Part shown: one piece after another, positions 49,342 through 63,513 of the stretch
How positions within the stretch are numbered: the first letter of the stretch is position 1
Layout of the letters: every line of letters begins with the position of its first letter
NCBI RefSeq assembly: GCF_001194135.2
Contig: NC_068997.1
Location: 12,395,109 to 12,459,108, forward strand
DNA from: Octopus bimaculoides
Taxonomy: Eukaryota
DNA: 64,000 nt
Direction: 5' to 3'
Made by a program: the position numbers and the translations under genes
Notes under the pieces: generated by a model
Databases searched by the model: none
Told to the model about the DNA's origin: nothing
The model's input: the letters and a program-made list of their open reading frames with translations, nothing else

Positions 49342-51387
49342 GTATGGAACAAACGAACAAACTAGCTTTTCATTCTTTACAACAGATTTTGCTTGTGGCT
49401 TGATTTTTGTTTCCTTATTTCACTCGCTGTGTATAAAGTTAAAATATAAAAATGTTGCATAATAAAAAAAAAGGTTTGGCCTCATGGAAGCGACAACAAG
49501 TGACTGAGATCTTTGGCGATATGCTATGATTGAAGAAGCCTCATCAGGCCAAGCGAAACCGTAGCCATGGTCATTGCCAGTATCCTGTAAATGGCACCCG
49601 TGAAATTGTAATTTTGGCTGTTGCCGGTGTCATGTAAATGGCACCCATGCTGGTGGCACGTAAAATGCCCCCATTACACTCTAGGAGTGGTTGGTGTTAG
49701 GAAGGGCATCCAGCTGTAGAAACCATGCCAAACCAAACTGGAACCTGGTGCAGCTTTCCGGCTTACCACTTCCAGACTGGATGCTCTTCCTAACTCCAAC
49801 CCTTCCAAGAGCATAATGGGTGTTAGTTATGTGACACTGGCATTGGCCACAACTATGGTTTCACTTGGCTTGACTGGCCTTTTTAAGCATGGTATATCGC
49901 CAAAGGTCTTGATCACTTATTATTGCATCTGTGAGGCCTAAAGTTCGAAGGGTGCTTTTAATGTGCCACTGGCACAGGTACCAGTTATGTGACACTGGCA
50001 TGTCTTGTATGTATGTCTGCATGTCTGTCTATCTGTATGTGTCTGCATGTCTGTCTGTGTGTATGTGGCTTAGTGGTTAGGGTATTTGACTCACGGTTGT
50101 AAGATCATGGGTTCAATTCCTTGAGCAAGAGGCTTTATTTCACATTGCTCCAGACCACTCAGCTGACAAAACCGAGTTGTACCTGTATTTCAAGGGAGCC
50201 AGCCTTCTCACATCCTGTGTCACACTGAATCTCCCTGAGAACTACATTAAGGGTATGCATGTCTGTAGAGTACTCAGCCACTTGCACATTAATTTCGTGG
50301 GCAGGCTGTTGTGTTGATTAAATCAACTGGAACCCTCATTATTGTCATAACTGATGGGGGCCAGTTAGTTAAGTTGTGTGTGTGTGTGTGTATTTGCAGC
50401 ATAATCAAATGGTTAAGGGGTTTGCTCTGATGCCACAACATGATATTTCGTACAAGTGTCTTTTGTCATGATGTTGGATCGACCCAACCTTTGTGAATGA
50501 AAAATAAGTTGATGGATATTGTGCAGAAGCCTGTTGGATGGATTGTATTTCAAAGATCTGACCTTGTCACCCACTATTCTACTCATTCAGCCTGAGAATT
50601 GTGTTAAGGTTACGTGTGTCTGTGGAATATTCAACCATTTATGTACAAATTCAAAGCACAGCGAGTGCAATGGTTTGATGAACAACTGAATGCTAATTAT
50701 TGAAACCAACAGAGATCAATCTGCATGTGTGTGTGTGTGTGTGTGTACAGTTATGTATGTACATGTGTATATGTATGTATGTTTGAATACAAATTTATAT
50801 TTATGGATGTATATGTATGTATATCTGTGTGTATATGTATGTATATTTTTGTATGAATGTTTATGTATGTATGGATGGACGTATATGCATACGCATTTGT
50901 GTATGAATGTGTATGTGTGAATCATCATCATCATTTAACATCCGCTTTCCATGCTAGCATGGGTTCGACGATTTGACTGGGGACTGGCGAAGCAGATGGC
51001 TACACCAGACTCCAATCTGATCTGGCAAAGTTTCTACAGCTGGATGCCTTTCCTAACGCCAACCACTCCGAGAGTGTAGTGAGTGCTTTTTATGTGCCAC
51101 CGGCACGAGAGCCAGTCCGGCGTTACTGGCAACGGCCACTCTCAAATGGTGTTTTTTATGTGCCACCTGCACAGGAGTCAGCCAATATTTTGTTCACATG
51201 CCATCGGCACAAGTGGCAGTTAGGCGAAGCTGATATGTCTGTCTCTACCTGTCTATTTATCTATCTTTATCTCTCTACCTATCTTTATCTTTCTACCTAT
51301 ATATGTATATATGTATGTACATATGTATATTAGCTGTAGCCAATAAAAATGAAAAGCATGTTGATGCATATTTTTTGGCATTTTCAG

Positions 51388-51898
51388 AGTAAGGAAAGGT
51401 TACCGGTGTCATTGTGGAAAAAGCTACAAAACTCCTCAAGGTTTACGCAGTCACAACATTAACCACCATCCTGCGTTTGACATTCTCTCTTTATCACAAC
51501 AGAACTGCACACCACAACAAGTGCAATCCTTACAACTGCCAACACAACAACAACCACCACAACAACAACCACAACAGCAGCAGCAGCAGCCACCAGTGCG
51601 ACCAACACATTTGACGGTGTCGCCAGCCAAGCCCTCTGCTGCGCAACTGACTTGCACAACTTCGACGGCTGCCGTCAGTACGCCTTCGATTACGCCAACA
51701 AATCTCACATCAGTTAGCCCGTCATTAGCTGCTGCCCTTTCGCAGACAATGCTAACACCATCCCAGCTGATGGCTCAGCTGCCGTCCGGCATTCCCTCAA
51801 TGTCAGTTCCGTCAGCTAATTCTGCTCCGTCTGTTGGTCATGTTCAGTTGATTAGCCAACCGGCTGCGCTCGTCACTACTGCAGCATATGAGAAGTGA
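51388..51898 (+). CDS. JAZF1: JAZF1 last exon: third finger (VRKGYRCHCGKSYKTPQGLRSHNINHHP) plus Q/P- and S/T-rich tail
   Basis: Matches VRKPFKCRCGKSYKTAQGLRHHTINFHP; ttttcag acceptor; in frame with ORF 51521-51898, ending TGA. Confidence 0.95.
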
Positions 51899-52499
51899 AA
51901 CTTGAAAAACTTGCAAAAAAAAAAACACAAAAAAAAAAGTAAGAAACACAATATTTTTTTTGTGCTTGTTGAATATTTAAATTCAACAGCAAAAACCAAA
52001 AAAAATCTCACTCTCTCCCACCCACCCCAACACCCATATTATATACAAAAAAGAAAAAAAAATTAATNNNNNNNNNNNNNNNNNNNNNNNNNNNNNNNNN
52101 NNNNNNNNNNNNNNNNNNNNNNNNNNNNNNNNNNNNNNNNNNNNNNNNNNNNNNNNNNNNNNNNNNNNNNNNNNNNNNNNNNNNNNNNNNNNNNNNNNNN
52201 NNNNNNNNNNNNNNNNNNNNNNNNNNNNNNNNNNNNNNNNNNNNNNNNNNNNNNNNNNNNNNNNNNNNNNNNNNNNNNNNNNNNNNNNNNNNNNNNNNNN
52301 NNNNNNNNNNNNNNNNNNNNNNNNNNNNNNNNNNNNNNNNNNNNNNNNNNNNNNNNNNNNNNNNNNNNNNNNNNNNNNNNNNNNNNNNNNNNNNNNNNNN
52401 NNNNNNNNNNNNNNNNNNNNNNNNNNNNNNNNNNNNNNNNNNNNNNNNNNNNNNNNNNNNNNNNNNNNNNNNNNNNNNNNNNNNNNNNNNNNNNNNNNN

Positions 52500-53967
52500 T
52501 TTAGATGTGTTTTTACCATGATCCACCAAAACACCTTCACCACTACCACCACCACTTTCACAACTGCCATCACTTTCACCACCACCACCACCACCACCAC
52601 CACCACCACTGACACAATTTCTTCATTCTATCTTTTGTCACACACATACACATTGTATATCATCATCATCACCTTTATTTTCTACTCTACTCACTCTCAT
52701 CTTCATATACAGTCATTCAACATCCATCACTCTCCAAACAATTTCATTTTTTGTTGTTGTTGTTGTTGATATGTATATTGCCATGGCAACTATTACCACT
52801 ACCACTGCCACCCCACCTCCACCACCACCACCACTACCAAATTCTTCACTGTTTCTAACTCCTGCCCTTCATTCAGATACATTGATCACTACTATTTTTT
52901 GCCCTCCAATTTTACACTGTCTCCCACCTGTAATTATTATTATTATTATTATTAATATTATCTCACTGCTACCACCACCACCATCATCGTCATCACCATC
53001 CTTATCACTAAAGAAGAAAAATATAGACAAACAAAAAAAAAATACAAAACAAAGCATCATCTCATCAACGAAGAAATATTTCTGGTACCATAGTAACACC
53101 ACCATCACCACCACCACCACCACCACCAACTTTGTTTTCTGTGGTTTCCAAAAGAAATATTAGTGAGTAACCTGACTGATATATATATTTGCACATATAT
53201 GACAAAAGATTTTCTTAAACGTTATTAACTATTTAAAAAAAAAAATATTTAGAAAAAACAGACTGACATGAACCTTTTGGAACATAGGTTTTGTATTGTG
53301 TGTAAGCACTGTCTGTCATTGTTCAGCTTTTTCAGATGTGTGTGCTTAAGGGTAACAAAAGTGCTTAAACTCAGTACACAAACTTCATTTCAAAAGTTTC
53401 ATGTTATTCAGTTTTTCTAGGACTTTAAAAAATTTTTTTTTTAAAGATAGTTAATAACATTTAAGAAAATTTTCCTTCGTACATTGTGACTGTCAAATAT
53501 TTTTTGCAAAAACTTTGAAATATACAAACATACATACATACATACACACACATATATATATATATATTGGGATTCCATAGCTGCTATCTCTGAAGAGTAC
53601 AGAGTTGCATAATCATGCTGTTACCTACCTAACACTGTTGAACCCCTAGTGCAAGACTGATTGGTAAGATGGCTGTAATGGATATATATTACTGTGCACT
53701 TTGATTAATATATATATATATATATATATGTATATGTATGTATGTATCTAAGGGCTTGATGATACAAACAGGAACATAGAACTCTACACATCATTATAAA
53801 TAATTATGTTTATTATATTTAATTGGCATAAGTTACAGGATTCTGTCAGTTAAGACTGAGAACCTTGAGCATTGGCACTAATTGATAACTGCGCCAGTGT
53901 ACAAAACTCTTGACCCTTGATTCACTCTTTAACTCCTTCCAATTATATATAATATGCATTATATGTA

Positions 53968-54002
<35 letters not shown>

Positions 54003-54508
54003 CACACACACACAGACTAGTGGATAGAAAAATGGATACCCCATACATATACACATGCATATATTTCACATACAGTTGTTTTGTTGTTCACAGAAAAAAG
54101 CAAAAAAACCAACAAAAATGGCGTCTCAATAATTTTTTTTTTTTGCTGTTATCATAACCACATTCCTCTCATTTGTTGTCTTGTGTTTTATGACATGTCT
54201 TATATTAAGACATGTCTTACATTGAGATAATTACACAAAGTTGAGGTGTTTTTGCTTCTTTTTTTTTTCAACATTTGTAGTTGTTTTTTTTTTCTTCTTT
54301 ATTTGGAATCAAAATCTTTTTTTTTTTGTGTGTGTTTTAACATTATTATTTGATTTTAATAATTTTTATGCAATTTTTTTTTTTTTTGCATGGCACACAC
54401 ACACACACACACTCACTATATGTGTGTGTATGTGTGTGTGTGTGTACGTACGTGTATTTATAACTGAATTTCAAATATGGAATTCTCATTGAGATTACGT
54501 GGCTGTGC

Positions 54509-54544
<36 letters not shown>

Positions 54545-54852
54545 AGTCCGGCAGAAAGTGTTCCAAAACTAAATGGTGGGGACAGTTCCTCCACCTCCTT
54601 TCACAAGTCTGTGTGTGTGTGTGTATATATATATATGTACACACACACACATATCCACCCTACTTCCCTCCTCCCTCCATCACATGTGGCCCATTGTTTT
54701 TGCAATATTGTAGTTTTTGTGTATATTAGTTAATTCTTGTCAAAGCTGAACAGCATATGCAATGTGTGTGTGTGTGCACACACACACGTACACATACTTA
54801 CACAAATGTGTATGTATGTGCATTTGCTTATTGTGAATAATAGTTTTTCTTG

Positions 54853-54884
<32 letters not shown>

Positions 54885-55000
54885 CATTATTATAATCTGA
54901 AAGAAATGATCTCTGTCTGTCACTTGTTTTTTTTTTTCTTTCTTTTGCATTGTTTTCTTTCCCTTCCCCCCCTCATCCATCCATCCATCCATTCATTCCT
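52500..55000. repeat. Microsatellite-dense tract ((CAC)n, (TA)n, (TG)n, (ATT)n, poly-T/A), likely JAZF1 3' UTR
   Basis: Follows the JAZF1 stop; repeats visible; UTR status is inferred. Confidence 0.6.
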
Positions 55001-56759
55001 CTTCCGCTTTTCTTCTCCCACAAACCCAATCAGATAATCACCCTGTAAGTGTTCAGTCTCTCCCAGTGAGCATCGCTTCCCCGCCAAAAAAAAAAACACA
55101 TTGCTGCTTTGAGCTAAGCTTAAAGACAGTTAGTCATGAGTCGGGTGGTAAGATGAAGCGTAGACTTGCAAAGGTCCCGATTTCAGCCAGGGCATCGGGT
55201 GGGTCTGGTTCCCAATGTGTCTGTCACAGTCGGTGGAAATAAAGAAACGAAATTCACTTGGTGCCAAGAGTCCTCTTTAGTTCTTCCTTGTTGCTCTCAT
55301 TCTCCACATCTACCATCATAAGTACTAATGACTGTTACATTTGTTATCAACTCTACCACCATCGCCACCACAACCATTTCCACCAACACCACCATCACCA
55401 TGCCATTGTCACTGCCACCATTGATTTATTTGGTAAGGTGTTAGGATTTCGAATGTCTCATTGATCCACTGAACATTTGCATTTTTATATATTTATCATT
55501 TGAAAGAAAGTCGTTGGGTTTTGAAGAGAAAGTTCATACACACTCTATGGTTGATGATAGTTGTGAGTGATAGTGCTGGCGTTGGTAGAGTTGGTGGTGC
55601 TTGTTTTTTTGGTTGTCTAACTAGAGAAATAGCTGATATGGTACTATGTGTCCAGATTACAGTAGATTGAAGAACTAACTGTGATCCCTCAATCTATTGC
55701 TTGTGGTATTCTGTGCCAGTACTTAGCAAAGGACCATACTATATAACTAGCTGAATATACAGTATGGCAGTTTTGGCATTTTGATTTTGTTTGTTCTGGG
55801 GTTGTTTTTTTCCTTTGCCTAGTAATATGTTTATAAGTTCTGCTAGTAGCCATTGAAGCATGACAATTTCTGCTCCGTTTCTTTGATCTCTGGTGCTGTG
55901 TCTACAGCATTGTGTTTAGGGCTATTGATGTTGCTGCTGTTGTTTTTTTGTGTTTTTTTTATGTGTATGTAATTAATTTATGTGTTGGTCTTGGGCTGAT
56001 TGGGGCTGTAGTAGTTTTCTTATGATACATGTTATACTAGTGCTGTAGGGTACTGTAAAGGTGTTTGGTTGTTTGAGGTCAGGAACTGTACAAAGACTGG
56101 AGCTTTTTGCAGCTAGACATTGTTGTTGCTCACATAAAGTAGTCACATTTGGATGAATGGCATACTTCAGGATAAGCTGCTGCCTGTTGCTGTATATAAT
56201 GTTGGGCAAGAAGTTTGTGTGAGAGAGACAGAGTGAAACATGGTATGGATGGTGAAAGGAGACAGAGAGGCTCGTAAAACCTCGATTTAAATGACTGTTG
56301 TATTGCCACCTGAACTTGAGGAAAGTCAGGTCCAAAATGTAAATATCTCTTAAACCTCAAGAGGTTTCCAGTCTGTTGTAACATTCCTTGATGATCTCTA
56401 AATGTATATCAAACACTTATGTGAACTTGGCAATGTAGAATTTGTTTGTGTACAGTTCAAATAGTGTACTGAATACTTGGTCATTTAGCTTCTTCTACCT
56501 GCTTTAGTAGAGGTAATTGACGGAAGAAAAGGCTCAGTGTAACAATGGGGTAGATCATTGTATGATTTACTCTGACTTATAAACTGGTATCAGTTGATGG
56601 ACTACATTTGTACTTCAGGGGTTTTCAATCAATAATATTGGCCCCAATACTTAATTCAGATTGGTGCTGATTTTATATTTCATTTTACTGATTGGTTAAA
56701 ATTACCATTTTGACACAAACCCAGTTTTTTTTTTTATAGCCACTAGTGTTGTTTCACAC

Positions 56760-56808
<49 letters not shown>

Positions 56809-57956
56809 GAGGAGAGTTCCTATCTCATGATGGTAGTGGTTTACTACTAAAAAAGGAGCCCAATATTAAAAGCAAAGTATTGTATTTTTCCACATTCTTA
56901 TGCCATGGCCATTGTATTTCAACACACTGTGCATTAACTGAACTTCGTCATATAAGACATATTTCTTTGACAGAACTTAGTAACTAGTCTGCTAAAGCAC
57001 CATGGCCATGTTGGGAGAACAGTTTTTGTCTGCCAAATTCCACTCACAAAGTACTAATCAATCTGCGATTGTTGTAAAAGACCCTTGTTCAATGTGCTGT
57101 ATGGTGGGAATGAACCTAAAACCACGTGGTTGTGAAATCTATTGTTTGAACTCGCAGACATGCCTGCATTGCATGTCACAGGTGGTCTATTAGTCAGACT
57201 AATATAGATCCGATCATGGTCTAAGAGATTTAGAGACAGTTGATGCACGAGGAGGTAACCTGTTGGTAGTAATGTTTATTTGGGTCTTGTAGAAGATGGT
57301 CAGCTGCAAAGAACCGAAATATTTCTTTGGCTCTGAGAGAACAAGAGAAGCATTATGATTAATGAGAGACATGTGTAAGATGTTAGATCGTTAAGTGAAA
57401 ATGAGGAAATTGTGTGAGTAATGGTAGACTTGCCCTCACACATCCTTCTTTGTTTGCTAAGAGAATGTGACACTGACCAATCTTATGTACCGATCATTTG
57501 TGTACTTGATGGCTGGATATTCTTTTTCTAAGATCAAGAGATGTTGGGAGGAATTCTGAAATGACCACACTTGTGCTTCACTGTTGTTTGAGAGTCATGT
57601 TGCATAACACAGGAAATATTGTTGCGGAATACAGGGGTTCACATTATATACTCCCAAAGGATTATATTCTGTACTTTTTTTGTAGCATAGGGTTGAAAGG
57701 GTAAGGTAATGATCCCTTTCTGGGTCTCCATCTAGTTGTAAGAAGTTATCCTCAGAAGAGACACCTTTCAATGCTTGCAACAAACTGGACATTGCTAAAG
57801 GCAGCCATGGGCTTGTGGTGTTGGTGTTAAACTGGGTGATGGTTTAAGACTACCACTTAACATCTGTTGGTCGTAGTAAAAGATTCAGACAGAAAGCACA
57901 GTACAACTTGACATTGTGAGGGAATTTGTTGACTAGAGACGGATAATCTGCATACA

Positions 57957-58015
<59 letters not shown>

Positions 58016-61000
58016 AACATCTATAATACATCTATTATCAAATGATGAATAGGCACATTTTCCATGATTCCCATTTCTTATGTTGGGAGAACATCTGCTG
58101 ACAAGTCGCAGAAAGAGATTGGGAGTCTTTGAGTATGCTGATGTTAGTGGAAGTGGAAGTGGAAAATAGAGGATAGTGATGATGATGATGATGATGTTGT
58201 TTAGCCCTGGGTAAATCATGAAACAGTAGATGAACCGATGGTCAAAGGTATTCCAGTCTTGACCATTCCGCTTTGATATATTCAAGATTGTGGAGTTGCA
58301 CTGGTGATCGTAAGATTGTGGTTTCGATTCCTAAACTGGGTGATGGCATTGTGTCCTTGAGCAAAACACTTCATTTCACATTGCTCCAGTTCACTCAGCT
58401 AGCCAAGTGAATAATCCTGTGATGGATTAGCAACCTGTCCAGTGGGGGAATATGTATGTCATAGTCAGGGAAACTTGCTTTATGAGCCTTTGGCTTAGGA
58501 GGGACCTTTGATCCTTTTTTTTTTTTTATATTGAGGACAACTTTTATATAATGTACCCCCCTTTTTTTAAAGATGACATTTAAAAAAAAAAAAAAGACTT
58601 TTGGAGGAGGTGCCTTCCCAGGCCTTCCAAGACTTGGGTGAATGATATGTTAATGTTCTGTTCAAACTGTTGCATGATGTCACTTGCTGGAGAGACATTT
58701 TGCAGGGAGAGAATTGCCAAAGAAAGATTGGGGATAGGAGTTAGTACAGGGCTAAGGATATGTTGGGTATGGCATAAGGTTATAAGAGGAGAAGTGATGA
58801 AGATGAATGAAGTGGAAGTTGTACCGCAATACCAGCTATGTCTGAAGAACAAAAGACATTATATATAATAGTGGTAGAAAAGGCAGAGAGAGAGAGAGGA
58901 GACTGTATTTCTGGAGTGTCAGAGGCTGAAATATGTCTGAGTGGTTTCATGCCAATCAGTTGAGTGACTTTGTTCTGAGGCAAATTTGATGATGATGATG
59001 ATGATAAGGATAAAGAACTTGGGGATAATATAATGAAGTTATTGTACAGTTCATATCGTGTGTCTATAGCTGGCGCTTTGATTTTTCTGTTTTTTTCTTT
59101 TTCTTTCTTTTTTTTGTTGTTGCAATTTTTATATTTTAAATCTGTGATGGGTAAATGAGCAGTTTCAGATGTTGTTTAGCCTGCAGATCATCCTCAATTG
59201 AACAGACCACTAATAAAAAGCATTCCAGCCATGACCATCTGTCTTAATATCCAATACAGGATAATGTAGTTCTAANNNNNNNNNNNNNNNNNTTTGGCTG
59301 CTATTTCTAGCTGATGAAGCTACCACTTGGAGGTTCCCTCATTTTGGTATTTTGCTTCCTGGAGTTAAATCTCAATAGGAGAGATGTATGTGTAGGGGTG
59401 GGTCACCCTTTTTTTTTTCCTTTTTGTTCTGTCCAACCCATGGACAATGGACAAATGATGAAGAATATGATGTTTCTCAGAAATTGAAGTGTGTTAAAGT
59501 ACCAGTTATACACTGCACGAAAATATCGAATCAAGTATCCTGCCTTCAATGCCTTTCTTTCTTTCTTTCTCTTTTTTTTTTTTTTTTTTTTTACAAATTT
59601 AACCCTCCCCCAACAACCCCCCATCTAATACAATGAAATTCTTATATTTTTCACTTTGCAAAACAACAATAACCAAGGTTCGATATGGAACCATTTTCTT
59701 GGAGGTTGACCGGCTAGATGTTCATATTCTACTCCATGCATTGTATTAAATTTTGTGCCTGAGAATCAGACACTCAAATCTTTACATGCTTAATGAGTTC
59801 ACACTTCATTTTCACTGAGGTCAGCTTTGCCTTCCATCCTTTCTGGATCGATGAAATAAGCACCAGTCTGTCACTGAGGTCGATACAATCGACTTCCGAA
59901 ATTTTCTGGCCTTGTACCGAAATTTGAAACCATTATATCAGTTTGCAAGTAGAACCATTAGCACACCAGACAGAAAATGCTTAACGGCATTCATTCTGGG
60001 CTTTTATATTCTGAGAACAATTTCCACCAAAGTCGACTTAGCTTTTCTATGCTTTCGGTGTTGATAAAATAAATACATACCAGTCGAGTACTGGAATCGA
60101 TGTAATTAGCTAACCCCCGCCCACCACCCCTCACCATCCCTATCCCCGAAATTTCAGGCCTTGTGATTGTGTTTGGAAGAATTTTTTTTTTTTAAATTAG
60201 TACACCTAGTAGTTTTTATTTCTTTCTTGCCCTCCTATTATCACCGGCCCCTCCTCAAACAGGGGGGGGGGGGGGGGGAGAAAGAAAATACAAAAATACA
60301 AAATACATTTCAAATGTCCTCCCATCACATGCTTTTTTTTTTTTTTTTTTTTTTTCCAATCCAACCTGTATTTCTGCTTTGTTTCTGTATTTGGTTTGCA
60401 AGATTCTTGATGTGAAACAAATCTTGTTGTGTCTTGTTGGGAAGATCGTAGCGCCACTGTTGTTAATAATAACAGACAATTGACTGACAAAAACGAAGTG
60501 ATATTGAACCAGTGCATGTGTTATTATTAGTGTGATGACCTTCCCAAGACACAACAAGATGTATTTGTACTTCTTTCATCCTATGTCTTTCATCTGTCTC
60601 ATCTTTGTATTTGCCTTTCACTTCTGTTTTTGCATCCCACCCCTATCCTCTACCTCCTTCCGCTCTTTGTACCTTCTACCTCTCCTTCTTGTCTTTTGCC
60701 TTTATGTCTTTCTTCTCACTGCTTCTTCCTGTCTCTTACCCACTGTATGACATCTACTTCCTGTGTCCTGCATTTACAACCATGTCCTACCTCTCTCCTT
60801 TGCATCCAGTCTCCTGTCACCAAATTTCCCCCCTCCCCTCCTCTCTCTTTCTCCCCGTTCCTCCATCTATTTCTTTCACTCCTGCTTCTGTTCTCTGTCT
60901 CCCACTACTACTGTTGTCTTCCACTCCTGTTCCCCCCCCCCCGTGACTTTTGATTCCCATCTCCTTCCTCTGTCTCTTTCCTCCTCCTCAATTAATATTC

Positions 61001-61290
61001 TAAGGTTGTACACATCATCCGCTGTCTTTGGAAACGGTAAATAATGCAGGTTTGAAAAAGGAAAAAAAAGGGCTTCATATTTATGACTGTTGATGTTTTT
61101 TTTTTTTTTTTNNNNNNNNNNNNNNNNNNNNNNNNNNNNNNNNNNNNNNNNNNNNNNNNNNNNNNNNNNNNNNNNNNNNNNNNNNNNNNNNNNNNNNNNN
61201 NNNNNNNNNNNNNNNNNNNNNNNNNNNNNNNNNNNNNNNNNNNNNNNNNNNNNNNNNNNNNNNNNNNNNNNNNNNNNNNNNNNNNNNNNN

Positions 61291-61330
<40 letters not shown>

Positions 61331-62232
61331 CAAGGCATAAAGGTGTTTCCTCTGCAGTGCTATATATTATAAATTCATTCTCTTCTCCTTCCTGCAATAG
61401 AATGTTTTTTTTTTCTGTATCTGGAGATATTTTGATGATTCTTTAAATTACCTCTCTATCAATTGGTGCTATAAATTACGAGTCGTTAAGCTCAATTCAT
61501 TCAGTTATTGGCATCTCATCTAAGAGAAACTGCGCCAGTTTTTATACGAGAGAGAAAGAGAAAAAATGAGCATAATCGGTTTGAATTAACTCCAGTTTAT
61601 TATCATTATTGTTGTGCTAATTTTTTTTTCCATCTCCACTCATGCCTGATAGGGAAGGAAAACTAAAGTGGACTGACCCCATAACGCTGTGATATGAACT
61701 CAGAACCTAGGGTTTTAAATAGCTGTTTTTGTTTTGTTGTTGTTGTGTGGTCCCAAGTTAGCTTTGACTGACCAATGTCCCATGTCCTGCAATTTCATTG
61801 TTCCAGATATCCATGCTTCTGCCTAGTTGAGGACCATACTGCACACTCTCTGACGTGCAGTGACTTATAGCATGGCAGGCACCGTGTTCTGTTCTCCCCG
61901 TTGTTCCAGATTTATTTCTGTACGCTTCTTGTTGTTTTTCTTTTTTCCTTTGTTATTGTTTAAATCCCACATCTATCCTGATTTAGCAGAACTATGTTCA
62001 AAGGCAATTCCAGCAATGACTAACCGATTGTGTTTTTTTTAGGAGTACAAAGGACCGATTACGTTATCCAACATAATCTTCTTTTTCTTAAAATGGGAAT
62101 GTGTAAATTGAGGAAGATTTAGCTGCTGTTGTCTTGTAGCCAATCAAATGACCATGTTAAAACTCCCTCAGTGTATGTTACATGTATGGAGGATGCACAA
62201 TAACATTATTATTGTTATTATTATTATTATTA

Positions 62233-63480
62233 TGACGGCGAGCTGGCAGAATTGCTAGCATGCTAGATGAAATGCTTTACGTTCTGAGTTCAAAATCTGC
62301 CAAGGTCAACTTTGCCGTTCATCCTTTTGGGGTCGATAAATTAAGTACCAGTGAAACACTGGGTTCGATGTGAAATCGATTAGTCCCCTTCCCAGAAATT
62401 TCAGGCCTTGTACCTACAGCAGAAAGGATTATTATAATTATAAAGCTTGATATATTAAGTACCAGTGGTCAATAAACTAAATACCAGTAAAATACTGGAG
62501 TCAATGTAATCAACTAGTCCCCTTCCCCAAATATTTCAGGCCTTGTGTTTTTTAGTAGAAAGGGTTATTATTATAAAGTTGGGAGTTAGCAGAATTGTTA
62601 GCATGCTAGGTTGAAGTGCTTAGCGGAATTTTGTCCATCTCTATGCTCTGAGTTCAAATTCCACTGAGGTCGACTATGCCTGTCATCTTTGCAGCATCAA
62701 TAAATTAAGTACCAGTGAAACACTGGGGTCAGTGTAATTGACTAGTCAAAGTTTTGTAGAAAGGATTATGGTTATTATTGTTTAGGTGGCGAGTTGGCTG
62801 AATGCTTAGCAGCATTTTGTTCATCTCTATGCTCTGAGTTCAAATTCCACTGAGGTCGACTTGGCCTTTCGGGGTTGATAAGATAAGTACCAGTTTAGCA
62901 TGGGATTCATATAATCGACCAGCCTCTTCTCCCAAAATTTCAGGCCTTGTGCCAGTAGTAGAAAGGGTTATAATTATTATTTGTCTGTATTGGATCTTTC
63001 TACTACTGTTAAAATCATCTAAACAGCAGGATGCTTCGGGTCCAAGAATTGTTGTTTCTGAAAGACTGAAAATAGTAGTTTCTAATTTAGGCACAAGGCC
63101 AGCAATTTTGAGAATAGTTTGCTGATTAGATCAGCCCCAGTATTCAACTGGTCGACTTTGCTTTTGTCCTTTCAGGGTTGAGAAATTAAGTACCAGTCAA
63201 GTACTGGGGTCGATATAATTGACTGTCCCCCTTCCCCACAAATTTCAGGCCTTGTGCCTATAGTAGAAAGGATTATTATTATTAAGGTGGCAAGTGCTAG
63301 ACAAAACACCTAGCACCACATCTCCTGGCCTTATGCTCTGAGTTCAAATGCCACCAAGGTTGACTTTACCTTCCATCCTTTTGGAAGTTGATGTAAAAAG
63401 TACCAGGTGTGCACTGGGGTTAATGGAATCGACTTAACCCACCCCTAAAATTTCAGACCCTTGTGCCTATGACAGAAAAG
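62233..63480 (+). mobile_element. Cluster of about six family-A SINE copies, mostly head-to-tail
   Basis: Repeated ctgagttcaaat..gtcgact..aagtaccag..tttcaggccttgt..agaaaggattatt units; short minus-strand piece near 63090-63150. Confidence 0.85.
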
Positions 63481-63481
63481 T

Positions 63482-63513
<32 letters not shown>

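Noticed and set aside
60560-60990. Long pyrimidine-rich strand, with G/C runs nearby (60261, 36296, 38632)
   Set aside because: Degenerate low-complexity DNA common in this window; no mirror symmetry identified to support a specific triplex claim.
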